This document shows, in pieces, positions 49,601 through 61,700 of a stretch of DNA of 64,000 nucleotides. The DNA is taken from NCBI GenBank assembly GCA_039621445.1, contig CP154954.1:44805847-44869846 (forward strand), read 5' to 3'. The stretch comes from Euglena gracilis (Eukaryota). The position numbers and the translations under genes were made by a program. The notes under the pieces were generated by a model. The model was given only the letters and a program-made list of their open reading frames with translations, had not been told where the DNA came from and did no database searches. Numbering within the stretch: the stretch's first letter is position 1; each line of letters starts with the position of its first letter.

Positions 49601-52600
49601 GAAAGGGGGGGAAATGGGAAACGTGGGAAAGTGGGGAAACAAGAGAACGCTCTGAGAGGGACACTTTGACAGCTGGGAGGGGGACCAAAGGCCACCGTGG
49701 GCAACCACAGGCGTGAGCTGGGGAATGGGTAGAGCCAGGGATGTATGGGATGCCCTGAAGGGGGGGGGTGTCCGGACCCCTCCCAACACAGAGGGGGGGG
49801 GTCGAACCCCCCCGCCTCGAGACGTAAAGGAGCCAGGAAAGTCTTCATAATAATAATATAATTAATAATAATAATCAAGGATAATCAAGGGGCTGGATAC
49901 CAAGCAAATACTCTTGAAAAATCCCTGAAAAAATACCAAAAATGCTCATTATTATTTTAATTTTTTGACATGGAAACATAAAACATCCAACAAAGCCGGG
50001 GGAACTGGAGGGGGGTGGCTAATCCTCCCCAATTTGGACCATTCGCAGGTGAATAACTCGGGCCTGGCGGGGAGTTGGGGTCAAAAGGAGGTGATTCGGA
50101 AACTACAGTCCCTGGGCGTAAATTCCCCCCAGGGAGGGTTTTTTGGGCTCTTGTCCAGGGGGGGGGGGAATTCTCGGGGGGGGATTTACTCCCAGGGACT
50201 GTAGGGATGCAGTCGCTCGCGACTGAAGAAAACTCCAGGAACGAGGCCGGGGTCATGGTGATAATCGGCGGTTTTCATCAACTACCCAGGGGCTGGGGGG
50301 GGGGGGAAGGGGGTTCTACCACCCCTCTTCCCTGGTGGTAGGCTTCGCTCTTGCTCTAAAGAGATAAGAGCTCTGCCCCCCCCCCCCCCCCCGACCACCC
50401 ACCTCAATACCAACAGACCAACAGACTTCACATGCATCCCTGGGAGGGGCACATGCTGCATAGCCAGGATTTGCATGGGCCGCAAGGATGTGTTGGGAAT
50501 GGGCCAAAGCCAGACAAAGAAGTACAAAAAAGTGAAAGATAAAAAACTAAAAAAAAAAAAAAAAAAAAAATAAATGACAAAAAACATATTGAAAAAGAAA
50601 ATGGAAAAATAATAGATAAAAAAAGGAGAAAAAGAAAAATAGAGGTTAGAACTAAACTTTTTGCTGTTGGGAACTCCCCTCCACCTTGGGTGTTGGAATT
50701 GTCTGGCACACGGGGCTAATTAGCCCCTCTCTGAGGTGGGGGGAGGGGGCTGGGGATAACTATGCAAAGGGATCTATGGTATGCCATGGCACACCAAAAA
50801 CATGGATATGTGATACCCTAGGATTGTGTTTGAACGGTGCAGACCTCATCAGCAAAATCCATTTCATGTGGCCGTCAGACCTCTCGTCTTTGGAGCTCTT
50901 CCTTTCCTTCCTCTCTTCCTCCTTGCACATTGAAAAGCCCAAACCCCCACCCCCCGGGGGCTGGGCGACAGCGGGACAACAATGGTCCACACACGGCAGC
51001 AGCTGAGGGCAGAGAAGGGGACGGACGAATGACAGGAAGGAGCGGGGGCGGGGCAAAAAGCCTGAGGGGCTTCTTTGAGGCCCGAGGTTTCATCCGTGGT
51101 CCCTTGCAGCCCGGACAGTGTTTGCCGACCCGATGTGGTTGCCTGCGGAAGACGGGTTGATCATGGGGGGGGGGGAGACGTTCATTGCAATTTGATGCTT
51201 TGGCGCAGATCCCTGTTGGCCATGCCTGCAAAATCAAACAAAAATTTCTTGAGAGGAGGTGTCACCTTTTCCATTAAAACAGCTCAACTCTCAGACCAAT
51301 AATTAAATCAACAACAGCCCCTAAGGCATTCTTTTCAAAAACCCCGGGGATCAATTGGCCAGCGATTTTGCAAGCCACCAGAAAGAAGCCACAAGTTAGA
51401 TCCCTCGGGGGGGGGGTCCGGGGTCCTCCCGAAAGGGGGAAAAAAAAACGTTGAGGGGGAAATAGGACTTTTTTCGGTTTTTTGGGGGGGCTGACTTTGC
51501 TCCAAAAATTGCCGAAAATGGGCATTTTTGGCAGGTTTTGGGGGGCCAAAAATTTCCGGCGCTAAAATTTTCTACTGGCCAGCGCTGTCGGTGGATCCCC
51601 CTGTGAGGGTCCACTGGGATGCCCACTGGCAAAATTAGGACAAGCTGAAATCCAGCCCCTCTCCTTCCCCCTGGTGCACTGCGAACCCTTTCCCAGAAGC
51701 CTGCTCGAAGGTGTATGGGTTGCTGTTGGCAAAAGAAAAATCATGGCCGAAAGATCTGGAGAGCAGGGGGAAAAATCTAACCAGAACCATGAAAAGCCCA
51801 AATTCCATTTTTATCTGACTCTCGATCGCTCGTTCTTGGAACAAGTATATCAAGCATAACACACAGAACATAATGACACCCACACACACCCACTGCTCCA
51901 AAAGTGGGAAATGAAAAGGTGACCATTTCGGCGGCTGGTTCCGACGTTTGGAGGAGGAATACTGGTGTCCAGTGAAGGAGAACAGATCTGGGAAATGAGA
52001 GAGAGAATGTGGGTGTGTGTGTTTGCGTGTTTGCAGAGGTGAATTTTGGGACGCGTCTGTCTGCATCTCAGAAACTGGGTTAGGCTGGGAGGGCAAGAGG
52101 GGATGACGGGAGGGGGCAGCAAGAGACGGTGACATGGAACTCTGCGGTGGCAGGCCCCATGTTAATGGGGAAGGGAAGGAGGACCCTCGCCCATTCGGGC
52201 CTGCGAGGGCTGCAGGCAGCGGTGCGGTGGGGCTGTGGGGTCAGGACACCTCGGGAGGCCATGGAGACCAATGGTGGTGCACTCCAGCCATGACGCGGGG
52301 GCGAGGGGCACCAAGGCTGCTCTCCTGTGGCCTGCCCCCTAATGGGACCATTTGTAGTATGGGTAGTCTTGGCGTACCCCCCACCACCACCTGTGGGGGT
52401 TCGGGGATTCCCGTACAGCCCTGCCCCTCGTCCCCAGGGGGGGGGGGGGTGGGGGGCAGGGTTGCCCCTTGTCGGGTGGGTGGGTGGATGGGGCATCCGC
52501 GGGGTTAACGAGCAGGTCGTTGCCACCCTTTAGAATTCCGAAAACTATCCCGGAGCATTGTGTGCAGGGGGGTTCGACCAACCCCCCTCCCCTAATTTCC

Positions 52601-55190
52601 AGGGGTGTCGATCCTTAGGTCAAAACTTTCCTTGCTCCTTTGCCACGAAGGAATGGGCGGTACCACAGTGACCTCGCATACAGCCCTGGGGAGGGGGGGT
52701 CAATTTTGGGTTCCAAATTTTCAAAAAAAAATCAAAAAAAAAACGGAGGAAAATCCTCCAACCGCTTAACCCTCGAAGGGTGGGTCAAATGCGAACTTGC
52801 CCACCACTTTACCTTCCCCTTCCCTTCTCACGGGAGGGCAGCGTTTAAAAATTCCTGGGCATGAACCCTTCCCCTCCAGGGGGGGGGGTGTCAGTGTGGG
52901 GGGTCGGTGGGCGAAATGCCCGATACTGGGTGAGGTGAGCATTGTGTAAAATATCAGTGGCAGTCATCGTTGTTGGAAAAGGGGGAGGGGTGAATTTTTT
53001 CGATGCGACACGATGGGGAAAAGGGCACTTCCAAGCCTCGCAAAAACCATTTGAAGACCTTTAAGCCTCGTTCTAAAAAGACCCTTGCATAAACTTTTCA
53101 GATAAAAATTAATCTCCAAAAAGGATTTACATCAATCAAATACCCAAAATCTGCCCTCTTCTGACGCTTCACATCGCCCACCCCCCTTGTCGAAGACAGC
53201 CTCTTCTTGACCCATCCACGTCAATGGGACAATGGCATGTCTTCAAACAACACGCCACCACATAAAAAAAGGTTTAATCCCAACTTGTTTTTCATTTTGG
53301 TGCTGCTTCCTGACACAGAACTCGACATAAAACCCCAGTGTCAACTTTAACACCCCAAACGTTTGAAGACAGCATGGCTTTCACCACATGAGCATCGCCG
53401 GTGATCAGTGCACCGGTGAGACAGGCACACACAAGAGACGTTTTGGGGGCATTTATTAGCACCTCACTGAAAAGAGTGGGGAGGGGAGATAAGAATTCAA
53501 GAGGAGGAAATAACACAGAGAGGAGGTGTGACTGCGAGGTGAGAGACACAGCAATTCACAACCGATCACTGGCTGTCTTTGTAAAACTCCCCGACCTATC
53601 TTGACGAAAAGGGGTGGGGGGGGGCGATTTTCTCTCAGAGTCTCGGGGGAACGCCATACAAGCCAGCAACCCCCTCTCCCAGGGGAGGGAGCTGGCATTG
53701 TCACAGCGCGGAAAAATTCCCACACGTGAGGTGGTGATCCTCCCCGGCCGAAGTTGTTTTCTTTTATGACTTTGGTTCCCAAGAAAAACTTCTTTCACAA
53801 GACCAGGCACCTATGGTCACTTCCCATTTTGGTGCTCTGGTCGGCCCTGGTCGGCCCTGGTCGGCCCTGGTCGGCAAATAGTCGGCCATAGGTGGGGGGT
53901 ATCCGTCACAGAAAAAATGTGAAAGATGCAATGATTCCCTGAATTGTCCCGCGAAGATCAAAAGGAAGTGCCCCATAAGCTGAGCCATCAGAGCACAAAA
54001 CAAAAATGCAAAGGTCAATGTGCGGCTCTTCACGCAGAGATGTCAAACAATCTCTTGTTCATGTAAATAAAGGCTAAGGAGGTGAGCGTCGTATCAGATG
54101 TATTCAAGCGATCCGATGTTTGAATGGAAAAAAAGCTGGTATGAAAAACAATTTTTGACGGCATCGAACAATTCAATCATTAGCATCCTCATTCGTAACA
54201 GCCTTTTGACTGCTGATTGACTGCTTTGGCTCCTTTAAGACCACTTTGGTGGGCCAAAGCCAATTTTAGACCATTGGCCACAAGCATCTCCCCTGATCTT
54301 GTGTAATATCTTATCCATTGCACCTTGTCCAGCATCTGCATCCAGCATCGCCCAGCATCCTCAGCATCATCAGAGGTGCTTGATCCAGAGGGAAAGCTGC
54401 CGAATTCCTTCATCCATTCCCCTTCGGTCGGCCAACCACATGCAAATCGGCCCTGGTCGGCCCTGCTCGGCCCCGGTCGGAACCCCCACCTACAGGGGTC
54501 CTGAAAATCATACCTACCCCCCCCCCCCCCCGGGAAACTGTCACCTGACAGGTTGGCCGGTACCGGGGACCCTGACAACTTCCTATCATGACAGTTTGGC
54601 CGGTACCAGGGACCCTGACAGTTTCCCGGGTGGGGCATTTCAAGGGAAAGTCAATGAAAAATGACCCTGACAGGTTGGCCGGTACCGGGGACCCTGACAG
54701 TTTCCCGGGCGGGACCCTGATGGGTTCTCGGGCATGACAGTTTCCTGGGGGGGGGGGGTAGTCACCCCTGGTCGGCCCTGGTCGGCCGTAGGTGCCTGCC
54801 TGCCCAAGGCTGAGAAAGATGGGGTGAGGAGGCTTTATTTTGCCAAATTATAGTGTGCCAAAAAAGATTTTAATTGCCCCTGGAGTTTGTGGGTGGTTAC
54901 TCAACCCCAAACCCTAAAGCCTATGATATCCCATAGGCTGCGGTGGTGGTGTGTCACACACTAGTATAACCTGCCCCACACATCAGCACCCCAGCCAGCT
55001 GTGCCACAGGGCTGGTTGGGAGGCTGAAACCAGCTGTGTGAGAGGGGAAAAAATCTTTCAATCTGGACCCTTTTCGTTTGAAACTCAAACCCCAGCCCAG
55101 GCAAGGGGTGAGGTGATCAATGTTTGGGTGGCTTTTGGACATGATGGTGACCCCTGTCAACACTGAAAAGAATTTCCTTGCAGATTCTGG
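46690..55190 (-). CDS. Possible multi-exon gene(s) of unknown function (candidate exons near 54420-54310, 53990-53930, 53425-53370, 52330-52140, 51150-51060, 50930-50850, 46760-46700)
   Basis: Short unique minus-strand open segments such as EWMKEFGSFPSGSSTSDDAEDAGRCWMQMLDKVQW and CKEEERKERKSSKDERSDG. Could not be assembled. Confidence 0.25.
54514..54761. mobile_element. MITE family with ctac(C)n-ggaaactgtca ends and internal ccctgacag repeats (other copies ~27190-27480, ~33365-33880, ~34885-34980)
   Basis: Inverted ends ctacccc...ggaaactgtca / tgacagtttcctggg...gtag; shared internal gggaaagtcaatgaaaatgaccctgacagg. Confidence 0.75.
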
Positions 55191-55732
55191 TGGACTGGGC
55201 ACTCCCATGCTTGATTTTAGGTGGCTCTGAGTGGCTGGACAAACCTTTCGGTTTTGCTTCATATAAATTCAAATTGATTTCATTTTATTCATGGTATATA
55301 TTCCACTCAACCATGGTCCTTTTATGACCTTCACAATGTCCTTAGCTCAGCACGATCAAAAACCTGGTCTTAATTGGGGGCTGTGCAGTCAAGATTCAAT
55401 TTCTTGAGTGAGGTTGGGTCACCGAGGGAAAAGACGACATTCTTTAACCCCCACTGCCATAAAATTTGAAAAAAGCTTTTTTAATAATCCGATTTATATG
55501 TGATCAAATGGGAGGGGGAGGGGAAAAAGGTTCTGGCACAAAATACGAAATCATTTTTGACCCAAACCACATCTGGTCGGGGGGTTTCCACTGCCTGATT
55601 TCTGGACACCTCAAGCCCCCTCCTAAAGGAACCCCGACAGGGCCACGCCCCATCCTCCCAAAACCAGTTGCATGAAAACAGCCGGGGTTGCAAAGGGGTC
55701 GGGGGAAGGGGACTGGTGGTGTGCCACTGCTG

Positions 55733-58700
55733 TTAGCAGCGGGGCGTCGCGGCGTCGTACAGGTCCTCCGTGGCGCACGACGGCTGGCGGTACACGGCGT
55801 GGGGAGAGGCCGGCTCCGGGTGGGGGGGCCGGTCTAGCAGGCAGCCGTCCGTCAGGGCGAGCAGCTCGAACACCACCATCTCCACCGCTGCCCACAGACC
55901 GCCCCTGAGAGCGTGGGGGGGGGGGGGGCACGAACAGGCTTTTGCTTAAGGACCCCCGGGGGGGGGGTACTGGCTAGCCAATCGGCTAGACACTGGAAAA
56001 AGTGGACTAGCTAGACCCCCCCCCCCCCCCGGGGGGGGGGGGGGGGGGGGTCCAGGGGTCCCCCGGACTGGAAAAAAAATTTTCCTCCGGCGCTGTGCGC
56101 CGGAGGAAAAATGAGGTTTTTTACAGGTTTTTGGCTGATTTTGTTCAAAAAATTCCCAAAAATGGCCAAAAACGGGCATTTTTTGGCATTTTTGGGGGTC
56201 CCAAAAAAATTTTTCGGCGCTTCGCGCCGGTCACTGGAAAAAAATTTCCCACTAGCTAGCCCTGCTAGCAGACCCCCCCCACCGGGGGGGGGGGGGGGGG
56301 CTACGCAACCCACTAGCCAAATTTGGACTAGCTGCAGTCCAGCCCCCCCCCCCGGGGGGGTACTGCAATCCCTTAAGCAAAAGCCTGGGCACGAAAGGCA
56401 CACCAGCTGCGGGGGGAAACGGAATCAGCGTCATGGGTAGGTCAGGAAACAAAGCAAATGGCTGGCCCGACGTCTAACTTCAGAGAGGTCGAAAACATTT
56501 GGAGTAAACTTTCTTGACCGCAAACCGAAATGAAATAATGGAAACCCTGCGAAGCTGTCCATGCAGAGGTTCTTTTAGGATCCAGGTGGAGGGGAGTCCC
56601 CCCCCCCCGACCCCCCCCTGCCCACTGGGTACAAAAAGACTGGCAGGAAGCTTCAAAAGTGCCCAGAATTGTGTTTTCACGTATTTGTTTGCAGCAAATT
56701 GACAGAAACAGGCTACAAAAACATAAGTCTGCTGGGTGCGCCAGGGAAGAAAAAATATTTTTTGGTTGCAAGGGGTTCCCTGGACACCCCCTGGGGAAGG
56801 GGGTTCGGACCCCTGCGAACCTCCCCCCCTCCCCCCCTACAAAACCAAAAAACACTCAATTAATACCAGCCCCCCCCCCCCCGGCCCGGGTCACCAAACT
56901 TAAAAAAAAACGTTTCTGTGCCAATGTCCACCGTGGAAAGCTCTGACAGACATTACACAATAAATACAATGGGGAAGTTGTTAGCATGTTGTTGTGGCGG
57001 CCCGAAACTACTGGCCCCCCGCCCCGGGGGGGGGGGGCAGTACTTAATCCAGGGGGGGGGGAGTCAGACCCCCCGCCTTGAAGAAGATGGACCCCCCCGT
57101 TCCGTTTCCCCCCGCCCCTCTACCGCCCCGGATGGCTGCTCCGGTGCCCCGCGGTGCCTGCGTCCGCGCCCACCTCACCCTCATCGAGCTGAACCAGATC
57201 CTGCAGGATCCGGACCAGACTGAGGCCGCGCTGCGGCGCCACGCTTTGCTACGGTGGGGCCGCCCCTGGCTCGCCCTGTCGGTCTCCCCCGCACGCCCGG
57301 TTGCCCATGGGGCGACCGCGCGCCGCGCACAGACGGGTGGTCATTCACGGGAGGTTGGGTGGCCGGCGGTTGGGCCGCGGCCGGCCGCGGCCCAACCAAA
57401 ACAGTGCTTTGGTTGGGCCGCGGCATGCCGCGGCCCAACCAAAAAAAATTTTTGGTTGGGCCGCGGCATGCCGTGGCCCAACCAGGAACGAATTTTAATG
57501 ATAAAATTTTTAACTGGTTGGGCCGCGGCATGCCGCGGCCGGCCGCGGCCCAACCAAAAAAAAATTTTGGTTGGGGCGCGGCATGCCGTGGCCCAACCAG
57601 GAACGAATTTTAATGAAAATTTTTTTCACTGGTTGGGCCGCGGCATGCCGCGGCCGGCCGCGGCCCAACAAAAAAAATTTTTTGGTTGGGGCGCGGCCGG
57701 CCGCGGCCCAACCAGATTAACGTCAGAATTAGTTTCGTTGGGCCGCGGCCGGCTGCGGCCGACCGTGACCCAACCCAAAAAAAGAAACGGGTCGCGGTCG
57801 GCCGGCCCAACCCTAACCCTAACCCTAACCCAAACCCTAACCCTAACCCCAACCCCAACCCCAACCCCAACCCCAACCCTAACCCTAACCTTAATCCTAA
57901 CCCTATCCCTAACCCTAACCTTAAACCTAACCCTAACTCTAACCCTAACCCCCATCCGAGCTTCAAATAACAAAATCCCTTCTGTGTTGGCAACATACTC
58001 GGGGGCTAAGTCGTTTTTGTGGCTCACTTTGGCATAGGCGGGGGGGCTCTGCCCCCCCCCCCGCACCCCCCCCTCAAATAACAAAATCCCTTCCATGTTG
58101 GCAATATACTTGGAGGGCTAAGTCCTTTTTGTGCAAATTTTGACTTATATTGAAAATCCAATGGGGAGAGGTGTTCTTTTGCCAAAAGTGGCCCAAAATG
58201 GATTTGGGTTCGCTGGGAACGTTGTAGAGACCAATCTAACAACGTTGAGCGGGAAATATTCTGCTGTTTGGACAAGAATTGTAACCCTAACCCTACTCCT
58301 TCAAATAACCTCATAAACTCTGTTTGGCCACAGTGAAACGCCATCATGAAATCCTTTGCCAGCAAAAAAAACCGAAAATTAAAAGAATAAAAAAAAGAAT
58401 TAAAAAATAAATAAATAAACCAAAGAATAAATAAAAACAACCAAAAAATAAAATAAAAAACAAAAGAAAAGTCATGTAAAATGACATCAGGTGTGGGGGG
58501 GTGTGGGGGGGGGCGGGGGGGGGGGTGGCGGGCGTGTGCAGGGTCTGGGGCGTGATAAATTGGCCCCTACAAGGTACCAGCTACCCCAAAGAGCCGCCCA
58601 ACTAGGGTTAATACACATGGGGGGACCCTCGCTCGGCGCCTTCGGCGCCTCGCTCGGGTCCCCCCATGTTTTTAACCCTAGTTGGGCGGCTCTTTGGGTT

Positions 58701-61700
58701 CGCTGGGTACCTTGTAGAGACCAATCTAACAACGTTGAGCGGGAAATATTCTGCTATTTGGATAAGGATCGTAACCCTAACCCTACTCCTTCAAATAACC
58801 TCATGAATTACTTTTGGCCACAGTGAAATACCATCAGGAAATTCTTTTGCAGTAATAAAAAATAAAAAATAAAAATAAAAAAAAGAAAAATAGTAAACAA
58901 GAAATAAATAGTACGGTGGTTTGCAGAACAGTGCTCGGACAGTCATGGGAGGTTGGGTCGCGGTCGGCCGCGGCCGGCCGCGGCCCAACCAAAAAAATAA
59001 TTTGGTTGGGCCGCGGCATGCCGCGGCCCAACCAAATCGATTTTTTGGCGATAAAAAATTCGGTTGGTTGGGCCGCGGCCAAACCAATTTAAAATTTTGA
59101 AAGCCAAAATTCGCCGTGGTTGGGCCGCGGCATGCCGCGGCCCAACCAAAATTCTGTTTTGGTTGGGCGACGGCCGGCCGCGGCCGGCCGCGGCACCCAC
59201 CTCCCACAGACCAACCTCCCGTGACATCCCACCCGCGCACAAACAGCACAGACAGCGACCCCGGAATGCGTGCGACCCGCGATTCTCGGCCCCGCGCACG
59301 CAGAAAGGGAAGGGGAAAAGAAGATGGACCGGGGGGTTAAAGAAGATGGCCCTGAGGGGGTAAAAGAAGATGGACCCCCCCGGATTAATTACTGCCCCCC
59401 GGGGGGGGGGGCAGCAGTTTCGGGCTGCCGTTGTTGTTTCTCTTGGTTGAGGCTGTTGTCAGCCACAGCAGTCCGGGTCTCATCAAAAACTCCAACGAAT
59501 CATGGAAAAAAATTCATGAAGTTATTTGAATGGGTAAGGTCGAATTCTTGTGCATATCATTCAATCCTTCCTAAAGAATGTCATAATGTTTGCCTCCACA
59601 GGTGCTCAGTGAATCCAAAGAGTCGTGAAACTGAGGTTACACTACGTCTCAAGGTTATTCACGTGGCACCGTTTCGAGGTTTTTCACGAGGGTTAAAAAA
59701 TGAAAAAACCGAAAAAAAAATTTGTGGTGGTCACTTTCCGTTGGCAGGAAGCTGAACCTGCAGTCCCAAAATACTTATATTTTGTGCCTTGTGATTCCTG
59801 TTCCTTCCCCAGTCGCACAATGACCGAGTGGACAGTGCTGCATATCACCGACACAATTTAACCCCTAATCTGTCGTTCATCCGCAGCCGCTCCACTGCAG
59901 CACGCCGGCACAGTCCCATTGTGTTCATGCAGGACGGGGCATCTCCCCACACCAGCCGTTCCACCATGAACTTTTTGAGTAGGAACCGTGTAAATTTGCT
60001 GACCCCCTGGCCTCCGCAGTCCCCCGATTTAAATCCGGTGGAATACTGCTGGGCTTGGCTTGCTTCCCGCATTGTTGGGAAGCGCTTTTTGTCATGTGAT
60101 GAGCTGTGGACAGCTCTCCAACGGGAGTGGTCCCAGGCCTCCTACCCTGATCCCAAATTTGTATGGCAGCATGGTCCGTCGTTTGACGGCTGTGCAGGTG
60201 GCCAAGGGCCTGCACACCCGCTATTAAACAACATAAGAGGCACCAGGGGAGTGTGTCAAGCGATATTTGTCACCCGATGTGCTGCTTTGCCTGTCATTTG
60301 AACGTCATCTCACAGAAACAGAATTTTTCATTTTTTAACCGACGTGAAAAACCTTGAAACGGAGCCACATGAATAATCTTGAGACGTAGCGTAACACACA
60401 TTGACATTGGGGACAAGCGAGGGGTCAAATGTGCTGAGCGAAGGTCCCCTGCACCTCAGTTGAGCAACTCTTTGGGTTCGCTGGTGCCTTGTGGGGATCA
60501 ATTTGACCACATTATGATGCGACCCGATTGGGGTTGGACCGTTGTCGTCGGGCAGTGCTCGTGAATGCCCACCCCTGGGGAAGGACCCACCGGGGGGGGG
60601 GGGGGCTGGCCTGGCCTTGCCCTTCAGGCTGACGCCCTCCAGCCGGCGGGCGACCACCCGCCGCTCCACCGCTTCGTGCAGCTGCGGCCCGATGAGGATG
60701 CGCGTCTTGCGCTCCTTGTTGAGCCCCTCCAGCCGGCTTGGCCGCAGACGCCCCTCTCGGCCGGGCCCACCCACAGGAAAGGGGGGCCGAGCCCACGACA
60801 CCAGCCCGCCTAACGCCCACAACTGCCAGCGAGCGGCGGGGGCGGGTAGGGGAGGGCGGGCCTGGCCGCCACGTTGACCACGTCCCCCACCACGGTGTAG
60901 TTCATGCGGTGCTGCGAGCCGAAGATGCCCGCCCGGACCTGCCCCGCCTCCAGGCCCATCCGCCCCGTGAGGCGGAGGCGCCGGGCACCCAGACTGGGGG
61001 GGGGGGGAGGGACGCTCGCCGGGGGGGGGGGGGGGTTGGGGCACGGTGTGACGGCGCAGCGTCCCTTTGCAGGGCGCTGGCCGCAGTCCCACCGTGCCGG
61101 GGCAGCGGTCCCCGACGGAGCTGAGTGGACTGAGATGGGCACGGCACGGAAGGTACCGGCAAACCCCCACCGCCGATCAGAAGCCCTATCAGTCTGCTAT
61201 TCTGCACGTTGGTTAGCGCCGGGTAACGCCCGGGGGGGGGGGGGGGCTTCTGTCAGGCACAGGTACAAGCTTTTATCAAGCATTGTTCCTTTGGGGGGGT
61301 TTAATTTTAGAACTTTGGTTGAAAATACCGAGGGGGCTTCTACCAGGGAAAGGTTACCATACCTCTTATCGCCTCCGACTCTTGGAAATTCCGACTGGCG
61401 GGCGGTGATGGTGATGGGGTGCAAAAAAACGGGAAGGTCCCCAGGACCCCCCCCACCAAAAGAGGTCAAAATTTTCCTTCCGGCGCTTTGTGCCGAGACT
61501 TCAGGCACTTTTTATTTAGACAGCTATTTTTGCTCAAAAAAGTGCAAAAAAATGGCAGTTTGGTCAATGATTTTTGGCCAATTTTGGGAGCAAAAGTTTT
61601 CGGCCCAGCGCTTCGCAATTTGGGACAGGGACTTCTATTCTGTTGGGGTTTGGTACTTGGGCTGGGGGACAAAGTCCCGAGGGCGGTTTGCTGGTCTTCC

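Larger units (their letters stand above)
55890..60616 (-). other. Nonconventional intron (4727 nt)
   Basis: ggcCAGgccagcccc...ggggcggtCTGtgggc|A. The ends base-pair, and removal gives LKGK-AVEMVVFELL and an in-frame stop at 55733. Confidence 0.8.

Noticed and set aside
57368-57811. CRISPR array
   Set aside because: Spacers are short, A/T low-complexity and repeated (aggaacgaattttaatga occurs twice); there are no cas genes and the context is eukaryotic.
57808-57951. True chromosome end
   Set aside because: The tract is short, degenerate and lies inside an intron whose flanking exons join in frame.
57610-58096. ORFs with GL/VR/PN/TL dipeptide repeats
   Set aside because: Translations of telomeric hexamers.
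59828-60301. Active transposase or a Fanzor/TnpB-associated IS630 element
   Set aside because: The N-terminus and first Asp are missing and the ORF is frameshifted; no RuvC-like ORF fits within the 752-bp element.
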